In this document: positions 12,411 through 24,600 of the stretch, one piece after another
How the letters are laid out: every line of letters begins with the position of its first letter
Numbering within the stretch: position 1 is the stretch's first letter
DNA from: Leucoraja ocellata
Taxonomy: Eukaryota
NCBI GenBank assembly: GCA_036785375.1
Contig: JAWMAR010000009.1
Coordinates: 12,338,001-12,402,000 of the forward strand
Length of the DNA stretch: 64,000 nt
Direction: 5' to 3'
Notes under the pieces: model-generated
Told to the model about the DNA's origin: nothing
What the model saw: the letters and a program-made list of their open reading frames with translations, nothing else
Databases searched by the model: none
Made by a program: the position numbers and the translations under genes

Positions 12411-15400
12411 ATAATACAGTTTAAAGTTTCCAAAGAACATGAATGGCACTTTATAATTAAAAGTCTTTCCTTCCCACAACAAGAGTCATTCCTGCTACAT
12501 TGCCAAGTGTAAAATTGATCCATCTTGGCTTCATAAATCTGAGGTTTGATTGCAATTGCTGAATATTTAGGACCTGTCAGATCTTGGCCAGGGAGATATA
12601 GGGCTAAATGTGTCGCTCTGGCTTGGATTCAGCTACTCCTGAGTATCAAGTCTCGGACATTTGAGAACCTATTCTAAGTCTAGGAAATGAAGAATGCTGC
12701 GGTGGATTACTGGATTTCATATTACGATTTGTTGTGTAAAATTATAATATGGTGGTCTAAAACTTGGATTCATATACAACTGTAATTTTATCTATTACTA
12801 CACTAAGTAGGGTGTATAAACATGTTGGATTTGAGATAAAGCCATGGGAAACCAATTACAAATGCTTAAAGAATTTAGATGAGGTTTCTTCTTTAGCTAT
12901 TTTAATAACGTTTTAGATCCCTTTATTTTAAATATGTTAACGCCCAAGGCAAAACTGGAGGCATAGATCTGGAACACAATTTTGTAACACCCACAATGCA
13001 GCATGTGATGTGATATGCATTTGGTAAATGGTTTTATAGTTTTTGGAATACATCTCAGTTTATGCAATTTGTATGTCATTTCTTAAACATTTTTTTGTTG
13101 TTAAATCTGCATGGTATGGTGGATTTCTACTCTGATCAAATTGGTAGTATCATGCAACATTAGTCTTTTTGACTGAGTTCTCTCAGCATGAAGCTCCAGT
13201 GCCTATGCAGCAGTCTCATATACACTGAATGAATGGAAATTCATAGCTAGCTCATCCATAGTGTTACAATAGATTTTCCTGGTGAATTATGCTCCCAGTC
13301 GAAGGAATATATTCCAAACACAATCCCTCTGAACACTCAATATATTTAAAACTTCTCTGCCCTTGTGCTATTAGTGAGGCAGGAGAGCTGCCATTGAGCC
13401 AGAAATGACACCCTTTAGAGACATAGGGTGTAGAAACAGGACTTGTCCACATCAGCCAACAAGTCTCAGCTGCACTAGTCGCACCTGCCTGCATTTGGCC
13501 TATATCCCTCCAGATCTGTCTAGTTACCTGTAAAGCAACATAAAACACAATGCAAGCATTTATTGCTTGTTGATGGCAGCTTGCTGTGCATTAGAAATTG
13601 GTGAACATTCAAGGCTTACCTGCCCTTCCTTCCCACAAGTCGCATGGCGATATCCTAGTTTTTTTGCTGTTCTTTCCATTCAATCTTTTGCATTTCCTCA
13701 AAATGGTTTAGTTCAACTGTCATTTATTAAGCGTCTGCCCCTATTTTCAGTAATTGGTGGTGTCTTATGCTTGATTATAATGCCATATTTTTCCATGTTT
13801 TTAATTATTCCTGGTGCCACCTTGATCTTTATTTGCAGAAAGAAACTGTTGCTTCTGCAAATGTTAAGATATGTACCTAACTAAGAGATTTTGAGATTTT
13901 GTTGAACGTTAGGGTTTCTCATTTGGTGAACTAGGAATGGCAGAAAAAAATGAAGTGGTGAGACTTCTCCTGTCTCTTAAGTCCAGAACCTACTGCCCAA
14001 GATCCACACAGAAAAACACCACACAAAGCTTCAAATCTCAGTCAGCGGATTTATAAGAGCCTCGGATGGGAAACAGAAACACTTTTGTGGTTGGGACTTA
14101 TGGGGCTAATAGCAGTATAGAAAGTAACATGGAGATTCAATGCAGATTTGTCCTACAATGAGAAAATTAATCATGCACTCTTCAGGACTTTCCATTCCAA
14201 GCCCATGAGAAGCCAAGCAGGGTGTGGGGAACATTATCCTGTGAGGAAACCTTAAGCAGACTGAGCCCGTCTGCAGTCTCAACTTTAAAAGAATGAGAGG
14301 TGATGACATTGAAACAAAGACATTCTTATGGACTTAAGAGGGTGGATGCTGGGATGGCGTTTCCATGGCTGGGGTTTCCGAAACCAGTTACAAAAGAAGG
14401 AGCTTAGGACTTAGACGAACACTTTCTTCATCCAGAAGATGGTTAGTCTTTTGATATTATCTACCCAAGATGGTTGTGGGGAAGGACATTTGCTGAGTGT
14501 ATTCAATTCAGAGATTGATAGATTTTTGGATAGTGAGTAAAGTAATGGCTATGGGGTTAGGACAGGGAAGTAATGCTCAGTTAAATGATTAGCCGTGATC
14601 TCATTGACAACAGGAGCAGGGAAGGGGCCAAATGGCCTTCTCCTACTTCAGTCTATTTTTATGTTAATACATGAATACCACACATCCACCCTCTGGTGTA
14701 AAGGTCTCCTATATCCAGCACAAACGGCTTTCAGTACAAAATACAACAAGAATCACTTTACACCCTGTGACTGAGAAATGTGATTGTGCAGGCCAGTTTA
14801 TTTCAGCACTATACCACTAATAATGTATTATGGATGAATTGTAGCGCAGTTATTATTATCTCCTGGTATTCCCAACACAAATCATCTAATTCAGGATCTG
14901 ATGTACATCAAGGGAGTTATGGAGCATTGTGGGGTAATGGGTGCATGAAGGCCTGGGAGCAACTGGCCTTTCTCAAAAGTCTTTTTGTTGTGATGTACAG
15001 GATGGACTAGGACTGTAGTAAACGATGTTATGAGCTTAAGTGGTGATTCTTGTGTACTGCCTTAGTAATGTCTGCTATTCTTACTCTTGCACTTTGTTAT
15101 AATTGTGCCCATGTATAATAGTAAGATTTTACTGAATTGTATGCAGAAAAAAAGAATTTCATTCTCCCTAGGCACATGTGACTAAAAAAGTACCAATGAA
15201 CAATTGGGGATTGGGGAAAAACGAAGGGAGGTAGAGCAGGGAAGCCAAGGAAACAGTTGACAGTAGGCAATAGAAGGAATGGATAAAAGTAAGAGCATGG
15301 CTGTCAGCATCGTTGTAAATTCAAGCCTCCATTTGCGGTTGCACCATCACTTAATCAAATAATTGTTTGCTACCTTTGTATGTGGTCACAAAGAGCGACT

Positions 15401-18400
15401 GTTTGATGAAGGATTGCACCTTAGTAGTTTCATAATTTGTCTGTTAGTGCTCCCATAAGGTCGTGGCTTTCACTTTCTTTCTCGTTTTGTTTGTTTACAA
15501 CTTACTGTTGACGACCTGTTAAACACATAAATACTACATTATCAACCATGAAACTCATTGACCTTTCACCTCTGCTTACAACATTTCTTAAAATCAATGA
15601 TCAAATATTTGACTACAGCTCCTCAACACAGTCCTTTAGCTTGCCATCATTTGTTTTAATGTGCTTCTTTAAAGGTCAATTAAAGTTGCCATCAGGTATT
15701 ATTTTTTATTGTTCAAGAGGATATCATGGATTAGAATACTTACATTATTTCCAGATTCTAGATTTAAATACAGCCTAGAATGAAGGGTTAAAATGTATCT
15801 GCCAGCCAGCTGTTGCAGTTTCTTCAAATTTATGTTTGAGCAGGCATGTTTAATTTTCTAGAAAGATATCAAATAGGTCCCTCATTCTCACTGAATTACT
15901 GACCCCACCTAATGGAATGAAAATTGATCGCTTCTTAAGGAAATTATAACTCTGGCACTGTGTAGATTACCTCAATTGATTGTGGTCAGGCTATATTTCT
16001 GAGAGATATAATTTAATTTCCATCTAACCTTTACACTGGGATCGTTGCTCCTAATATGGGATGCTAGCAATAAATATGTGACAGAAAATTACAATCTTTT
16101 AGCTGTTGAATCATCATTCTGGGATGATCTACAACTAATCTGAAACTTCTCTAGACCACAGCTAACTTTCATGTGGCTATGAGACGAGGTGAAAGATCCT
16201 GGAACAAATAAATAACCTTCTGACTTTTCAAAGCATTTACAAAGCACAAGTCGGGACTGTGAGGGAAAAAGTCTCTAGTTGTTTGGATGTGGGCTGAAGC
16301 AGCAATACACAAGCAGTGGAGCAATCCCAGATAATGCAATCTATTTAACTGGGCTCAAACCTCACACTCAGTATATTTACTCCTTCCACCACTTGCTCAC
16401 TACAGCTATTACATACCAGCTACAAAATGCACAGCAGCAATTCACAAACGCTTCCATGGCACCTAGAAACACTGGAGTAGGGGGCACATATATTGTCTTT
16501 CCGCTGACTGGTTAGCATGCAACAAAAACTTTTCCCTGTACCTTAGTACATGTGATAATACACTAAACTAAACACAAGGAAACACTAGTGTCTGCCAGTA
16601 TCCCTGCTTACCACACACCATCATTGGAAGTTCATAACCATTCCTTCTTGGTTACATCCTCCCTAATATTACTCGGGCATTACCATCGCCACCAGAGCTG
16701 AAACAGGTCAAGGTGGCATTTCCCAATCATCTTCCCATAGCAATTAAATGCTGGATTTCCATACCTCTGGAAACTACAAATTATCAACAACAAAAATAAG
16801 ATTGTGTAAAATGTATATTGTGCACAAAGGAAAAAGGAGCAAAGTAAGAATGATATACTTTATTCTACTATAAATATGCTTTAATTCTAATAAATTTTCA
16901 GCTGCGCAATCTAGTCATAGTCATAGACAGAGTGATATAGTGTGGAAACAGGCCCTTCGGCCCTACTTGCCCACACCAGCCAACATGTCCCAGCTACACT
17001 AGTCCCACCTACCTGCGCTTGGTCTACATCCCTCCAAACCTGCACTATCCATGTGCCTCTACAACTGTTTCTTAAATGTTGGGATAGTCCAAGCCTCAGC
17101 TACCTCATCTTGCAACTACTCTGGGCAAGAGACTGTGCATCTACCATCTCTATGATGTGTTAACTTTAAGTCAGTGATTTGTTAGTCTTAATATTAAGCC
17201 AGCCTCATGTCTATGTTGGTTTATATGATTTGTCAAAGTCAGCAGGCTAGATGGAGAGCTATAATGAGGTACTGGTCACGAAGGTCATCAAAGCAAATGT
17301 GTAATTATTTTCTCTTTTAGTGTCCCATGCAGTGATGTGAAAGCTTAGATAACAGGTCTTTCAATTCTGCATGACATTGAGGAACAGACAATAAAAAATA
17401 GATTGCTTAATGTGTGGGTTTATGATATTGAACCACATATGAAACAGAGTTTCTGTTCAATCCCCATTTGTTCTGCTGCCAAAAATAGCAATTGAATTGA
17501 TGGAATTTGGTTGACAAAATTAGATTAGCAATAGTTCAAGAAAATCAGTCCTGTTTCTCCACATTCAATTTATGCCAGTGAAAAGAAAGGGAATGTATTG
17601 CAGATTCATTCCCTTTCACAATTATGTAACAGAGTCAAAAATCAAAAGGCTGCTGATGCTGGAAATTTGAGATAAAATAGAATGTAGTCAAAGAGCTCAG
17701 TAGGTCAAGCAGTATCTGTGGAAAGAGAAACCGAGATAACGTTTCAGGTCAAATTTTAGTTTTCATGTCGAGTAGATAATGCACGTTAGAATTTTTCCCA
17801 TCTGCCAAACTCCAACTAAACTTGGAGAAATGTATTCCATATCCCACAGCAGCTGTAATGAAGAGTATGGTTCTTTATGCTGTGGTGTCATGCCTGAGGC
17901 TAATGGGTATAGTTCAAACCAAAGTAAGTTCACACACATTAATAGAAGCAATTTTCACCCCCATTTGTTTGAGCTGGATTCAAAGCTCAATACCAGGAGT
18001 TTATCCTCATTGATCCTTAATTATTAAACATTACGTTATTAGATTTTTTTTTAATGCATTTGTACAAAACCGGAACATTGTTTTATTATCTGTTCCTAGT
18101 ATGCATTTTATTTTTGTGTCCAAATAAATCTAAGTCACTGCAAATGAAATTGAACTTCAGTTACTTATGTAATATGAGGTTAGGAAATGACCTGCACTTG
18201 GTTCTGGCTGGATGGGGTGGCACTCTTGACCAAAGGTCTCACAGAAAATACTCAGGATTATATAATTTTTGTACCAGTAGTAAGTGTGGAACTGCTATAA
18301 TTAATGAAGCATAACTTAGATCATTGCTGGCTATCAATAAGGGGAGACTAAGGCCAGTGGAGATACAAAATGAGCCAAAAGTATGTACCGCAAAAATAAT

Positions 18401-19035
18401 GCATTGAAGGGCGTATTTCATTTAATGTTGCTGGTAATTATTGACGACTTTACCATTCGCGGGCTTATTGGAAGAAAGTCTCTTTGATAATTGTCCATTG
18501 CTCTGCTTAACCTCGTATATTAGAGAACAGAATTGGCATCAGCTCAAGTCTAATGGTATTTGAACCTGATGATTCCACTAGAGATTATATTTATTCAGCA
18601 AACAAATGGTCCAATATAGGTGGTTTAAATATTGCCTAGATTGTGTATGCTTCAAATTATCTGGTGTGAAAAACTTCACCCATTATCTTTTTACCTCTGG
18701 ACAGAAATATTTCAGATGTCTTCTGGCCAGACTACCATCTTCCACCCTCCATAAACATAGATCCACCCAAAACCTCTGAACACGTTATCTATCAGCTTGG
18801 TGTTTATTGACCTACACTGTGCCCCAAATTAGCAATTGCAAAGAATCCCTCCCAAACCTTGCATTGGGTGTGAAATACCACCCTTTTGAACCTCTCCATC
18901 TGTGTTCTCTAACTCCAATGAAACGGGCTCCAAAGCGAGATCAAACACAGGGCAAAACCAGCCCCAGATTGTACTATGGGCTACATTGAGATTGAAACTG
19001 ACATCCTGAAGGAATCCTGTGAATGCTATGAAGTT

Positions 19036-19176
19036 CTTCTTCTTCTTGCGTATGGCGTTCACAGCCTAAAGTTATAGGACAACTTGTTCTATTTGATCTT
19101 ACTTGACTGTGCACGCCAGGTTGATTGTATTCATCGAAACAGGGCGGACCACGTGAAGGTTGCAATCTCCCACCCC
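19036..19176 (-). mobile_element. Short non-autonomous non-LTR retroelement with 5' HDV-like ribozyme and (GAA)n tail (Ingi/Vingi-like by inference)
   Basis: TSD TATGAAGTT at 19027-19035 and 19179-19187; 3' end ccatacgc-aagaagaagaag; the first 54 nt fold as an HDV-like double pseudoknot. Confidence 0.8.
19123..19176 (-). ncRNA. Minimal HDV-like ribozyme fold, probably inactivated (C75U equivalent)
   Basis: P1 GGGGUGG/CCGCCCU with G1-U wobble, P2 GAUUGCA/UACAAUC (1 mismatch), P3 ACC/GGU, L3 UUCACGU, G, mini-P4 U-UUCG-A, J4/2 UGAA in place of CGAA. Confidence 0.72.
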
Positions 19177-19253
19177 ATTATGAAGTTGTGATTCAGGTTA
19201 ACCTTGGCACGAAATGTATAGGTAGATCGGTTTGCCAAAATCTATATCCATTC

Positions 19254-19665
19254 ATCATCATCATCGGCGGTCACTCAAAATGAGTATGATTGTCCTCTCC
19301 TGAGGACGCCTGTGCGTGACATTGTTTAACTTGGGGAGACTGGTGCACAGACAGCCACCACATGGTCCTTGACGGATCTGGGTCAAGATCCAGTGGCATG
19401 GAGTCCAAGACGACCAGGGACACTTTTCTGCTGCAGCCTTCATCCGCCTTCCCAGTCGTGGTGACGCTCCACTAAAGTCAGCCATCATCCTCCGCCTGTT
19501 CCACCGTTGAGGTCTTGGTTGGATTGTGCTTTGTCAGGGACACCCCCTCGACCTTACCGCCATGGGTGGCCCTACCAGGGGCATAGCTGCAGACGGCTTC
19601 GCTCTCAGGATCTCAGGAACACACGGGCTTCTCCACCACGACAAGGTGACCATCGACAGAGAAGA
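19254..19665 (-). mobile_element. RTE-clade bipartite non-autonomous element (5' end joined to 3' end)
   Basis: TSD ATCCATTC at 19246-19253 and 19666-19673; 5' motif caccttgtcgtggtgg...agggccacccatggcgg...ctgacaaa resembles RTE/BovB/Expander 5' ends; (GAT)n tail; no ORF. Confidence 0.75.
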
Positions 19666-19826
19666 ATCCATTCTCTTATGTATTTAGTTCATGAACTCCT
19701 AAATTACATGAAACTTCTATTCTTAATGAGATGTCTAATTTTCTGAATTCTATTCATCCTTGAAGCGTAGAATCAGGCAGCAAACAGGAATGTTTCTTTG
19801 TGTAATCAACAAAGTGGAAATCTTTG

Positions 19827-20016
19827 TGTTTAAGAAGGAACTGCAGATGTTGGAAAATCGAAGGTACACAAAAATGCTGGGGAAACTCAGCGGGTGCAGC
19901 AGCATCTACGGAGCGAAGGAAATAGGTAACGTTTCGGGGCCCGAAACGTTGCCTATTTCCTTCGCTCCGTAGATGCTGCTGCACCCGCTGAGTTTCTCCA
20001 GCATTTTTGTGTACCC
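19827..20016. repeat. Penelope-derived palindromic insertion (76-bp arms)
   Basis: 15-bp TSD AAGTGGAAA(T/A)CTTTG at 19812-19826 and 20017-20031; arms 19863-19938 and 19940-20015 with two differences. Confidence 0.88.
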
Positions 20017-20821
20017 AAGTGGAAAACTTTGCTGCTTACTAAAGATGGACAAATCTAATCTGGCCAAATGCTGTTACATTTGTCCACTCTCAATCATCAG
20101 CAGATCATGGGAGGTGGCATCAAGAGATATTTACACTTCTTAATCTATCAACATTGCTTGGTTTGAGTTCCACCAGAATCATAGTTTCAGACTTAATCCA
20201 CATGGGGGCAAAGTCTCTGAGTTTCATATGTAAGGTGAAGACAATGGCACTTGATATGAAGGTGTTATTTGACCAGAGGTTACATCAAATTGATCCACAA
20301 AAGATTGAAGTCAATAGGAATCAAAGGAAAATTCTCATCTAAAGTTAGCTCGTACACATGATTAGAGGATGCTTATATCATTGGAAGTCAATTATCAAAC
20401 TGAAGGTATCACCCCAGGAGCTCCTCGGGCAGTGTGGACAACCACATTCAGCTGCTCCTCCTTCCAACAGGTCAGAAGTGGGTAGGATCACCGACAATTC
20501 CGCAATCTGGGTCCATTCGCAATTACTCGGATTTGTACAAGTCTGGAGCAATATTCAGCCTTGAGCTAATACTCAACAAGTAACTCTCATACAATACAAG
20601 TAACAGGCGTGAACCACTTCCAGCGCAAGAAAGTCTAATAACCTTCCAAAGACATTCAATGACGTAAACATCATCAAAACCACTAGGACAACATGGAGGC
20701 GACAGCATTGCTCAACAGTTTGACTGGACACATATTTTGATATAGGTTTTCCACAGTGAGTAGATGACGTACCCAACTATCCATCCTTCTGGATCAGTGC
20801 AGCTCCATCAAGGCCAGTTCA

Positions 20822-20997
20822 TTGGCTATATTTAAGAGGGAGTTAGATGTGGCTAAGGGGATCAGGGGGTATGGAGAGAAGGCAGGTACGGGATACTGAG
20901 TTGGATGATCAGCCATGATCATATTGAATGGCGGTGCAGGCTCGAAGGGCCGAATGACCTACTCCTGCACCTAATTTTTATGTTTCTATGTTTCTAT
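20822..20997 (+). mobile_element. Young CR1/HER1-type LINE 3' end inside an older LINE relic (about 20380-21320)
   Basis: gatgatcagccatgatcatattgaatggcggtgcaggctcgaagggccgaatg.cctactcctgcacct plus (tttctatg)n tail. Confidence 0.82.
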
Positions 20998-21589
20998 CAA
21001 CAGTCATAAAAGTTCCCACCATGGCAAAGCAGGGTGTCTGGCACTCTTTTCGGCATCAACAAGATGTACTCCGGCAACATGTACTCCAAGCACATACCCG
21101 TCCGCGCACACCTGTGGCCCCACACCCCCACCATTCCCAATCAGCTGCTGATAACAAGGTAGCAGGCAAATGTGCTGTACCATCATCTTTTCTCTCCTTC
21201 AAAAGAGATTAGCACTCTGCCTTGATCACCACCAGTCTGTGGTCTACATTCATACTGCTGAAGCTCCCTGCTACTGTAGGAGTATTCTCAGTGCAACCTA
21301 TTATCCAGCTCTTCTCGGGGATGACAATAAATCATGAAGAAGGGTCTCCACCCGAAACATCACCGATTCCTTTTCTCGAGAGATGTTGCATGGCCCTCTG
21401 AGTTACTCGAGCATTTTGTGCCTGCCTTCAGGGGAAACCATCATCTGCAGCCCCGAACCCTAACCAGAACCTTTCCTACATAATAAATCCTAACCTGGTC
21501 AGCAACGCCCACGTTCCCTGAATCAATTTAATATATATATATATATTAGATTCCATAAACATCTTGCCAGAAGTGTCTAATGTAGGTTA

Positions 21590-21607
21590 GGGGGGGGGGG
21601 GGGGGGG
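21590..21607 (+). repeat. G18 homopolymer (other G/C runs at about 23283-23296, 26712-26726 and 34177-34189)
   Basis: Read directly from the sequence. Confidence 0.9.
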
Positions 21608-24600
21608 TATTTCGAGAGGTTTGTGAATTTGCTTTTCACATGATTCTGCACAATATTGTATTGACTGTGACTAATCGACAGCAACTTTCTACTTAAAGTG
21701 TTGAGACTTGTATGACGCCTCCAGACTAAAATTCCCTGGCACTCGGCCCATTCACAAAGGTGGAATGCCACTTGGTAAACCAGCTACAAACTCGTGTGCA
21801 ACTTCTGTACCCCAGCTCCTTGAGTCAAAGTCAAAGTCAATCTCATTCGTCACATACACCCGAAGGTGCAGTGAAATTATTCATCTCGCTGCACCTTCGA
21901 GTGCACGGCCCATTAGGTCATTTCGAAACGAGTTGTTTGATTTCGCTTTAGAAGGAGTTCTGGAGCACAACATGCAGCCATCTCTGGCACTTTTCACAGT
22001 TAAGGGGGAAAAAACGAATCACCTCTGGCTTTCGTATATTTTTAATCTGGAGAAATTGTTATGATGTTGCACGACTCATTATTAAGTATTTTATATGTAG
22101 GAAGAACTGCAGATGCTGGTTTACACCGAAGATAGACACTTCTTACACTTTATTTTAACCACTGCGAAGAAACCTCAGCCCCGTTTCTGTGCACACGTCC
22201 CCAGAAGTGAAGACGCAGTGGAGTTTTCCGCCCTCAGCAACCTTTAATGCTGAACGGTACACAGAAACCACGGCGCTCTGTAACTTCCTGCACCTCCCCA
22301 GTTGCTCCTCACCAAACCCTCTCCCTGCTTCGGTTCCCGCTGTCCACAACCAATTCGCACCAAGTCCCGGAGGAGATGAGTTTTTGAGAACTAAATCTCA
22401 AAATAGATTCTTATTTCACTGAATTCAGCTGGTGGTTTTAGATTCCCGCGAAATGTAATTTGGTGAGAATGCCAGAGAGAGAGAGAGGAGAAAATACCGG
22501 GTTAATTCTCTATCAGATTTTTATTAGAGACGAAAACATCTTCCATTCAGGACGGTTTACAGATTTTGGGGCTTGGTATTACTGTTATATTGGCCTGCTC
22601 TTTCTGTTGCAACAATGGGAGCGTTTTACAAGTAATCCCGTGGTATTCTGAGCCATTGTTACCTGACCACTAAAATACCCTCACACTCAATGTGATGTTG
22701 GCTTTCATACTTTGGGTCTATATCCTCCACCAGGTCAACTCATGATCGCTTTATGATGACCGATGGCACTTGGCACACAATGCTTTTTACGGGTTTTGTT
22801 TTAAATTGAGATTTGGCCGACTTCAGCTCGCTACAGTCCACAATGTGTGAATTTTAAATCAACGAAGTGAGCAATCAATTTAAATCAGTCTGAAGAAGGA
22901 AGGGTCTCGATCCTAAGGGTCTGAAGAAGGAAGGGTCGCCTATTCCTTTTCTCCAGAGATGCTGCCTGACCCGCTGAGTTGCTCCAGCTTTTTGCGTCTA
23001 TCTTCAATATAAATCAACGAATGAATTAAAGAATTATTCGTTCCTAACAATTGAATGAACAAATTAATGAATCATAAAAAATAACAGTGAATCCCGTGGA
23101 AGGAATTGTAACCGGCCCTGTGTTCCAAGTCCCACTTTTAAATGTTTATTCATTTTTAACTTTAGCTGCTCTGTGTTTTTTTGATTTGTGCCCCTGTGGT
23201 TCTACCCCCTCTCCCCTTTCTCTTCAGAGATTCAGTAGGTTTCGAAATGTCTCGCCCTTCAATCAAGTCGGGGAGGTGGGGAGGGGGGGGGGGGGGTGCT
23301 GGGTGAGTTGGGAGCATTGAGATTAGAGTGGAGTGTGTGCGTGTCGTACTCGCTGACACCTTTACCCTGATCCGCGACGCCCCCTCCACTCACCCCCCCT
23401 CTTAGCACCAGGTCAACAGACCCGACAAGATGTTACGACCTGGTTCTTCCATTACTGCCAATTAAATTAAATTTTTAAACCATATCTTCTTTAAAAAAAA
23501 AACATTATTTGCTTCTGAGTTGAAATGCTCAGGACCAGTTTTGATGCTTCGTGAGCTAAAGGGATTAAAAAGAGCAAAATAAGCTTATACTGAGAAAAAG
23601 AGTTAAGCTTCTACCCCACTGCGAGAGAGGGCAAACTATATCAGCGCGAACTAGTGATTAGGGCCATAGCTGCGCCATTCACACGCCCTTTAGTCATTTT
23701 GATGAAAGTGTTTCAATAGGGATTTCCTAGTCCACCCCACCCGATTGGGGACACACTAGAATTAAGAATAGTTGGCTGTTGCTACGATTTGTCAGGGAAT
23801 GCCAGAACTCTGCAGTGCCTGAAGTAACTCTCTCTATTGTATTAATAATACAGTGTGACACCGAGCTAACAAAGGCAGATTCAGACACTCAGCAGGTAAT
23901 GCAACTCATTTTGCAGGCAAGAGAGTCGGCCTCTGTCCTGAGCTGTCACAGGACATTCCCACACCTCCGACATTTACACTCTCACACTTACTCTCTCATA
24001 CTTAATCCCAAGACCATCCCACACCTTTAAACTGTCCCAGGACACACTGATTGTGTCTCCTACATCACTGTCCATTGGCCTTGCTCTTTTGGCGAGCTCC
24101 TCATTCACAATCATTTTAACACCATGCTCCTTGTTCTACTCCTGGCGTCTGTACTTCGCTAAATATTCAGCTTTGACCTTTCATTGCAACCCTCTTATCT
24201 TTCACCCATCGTGTTTTTTTTGTGACATTTAGAGGACCAGGGTTAAGCAGAAATATATCATTGTTTGTTTGTTTTCAGGGTATCGGTAAGCATCATGTAC
24301 ATCCAGTTTTCCCATGGACATTCAAAGGCAACAACACCATCAAGTTTCTTTAGGATAGATGGAGGTGGCAAGTTTCTTTGAATGAGGGACACCCATGACC
24401 CAATTGAGTATTTATGGCATGCATTGTTTTTTTTAAATCATTGTTAGATTCAGGGAAAATAAAGCTAGATTTGCTTCTTTATGCTAAAGGTTCAGGAGAT
24501 GATTGTTAAATCAATTTGAACGTGATTACCCCGAGTAAAAATTCTATTATGTTTCTGAAGTACATGTAATGAACTTTCCAGCAAACAGCACCTTACATTC

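Noticed and set aside
22887-22940. Tandem hammerhead dimer
   Set aside because: CTGAAGA is duplicated but both units lack the GAAAC half of the core.
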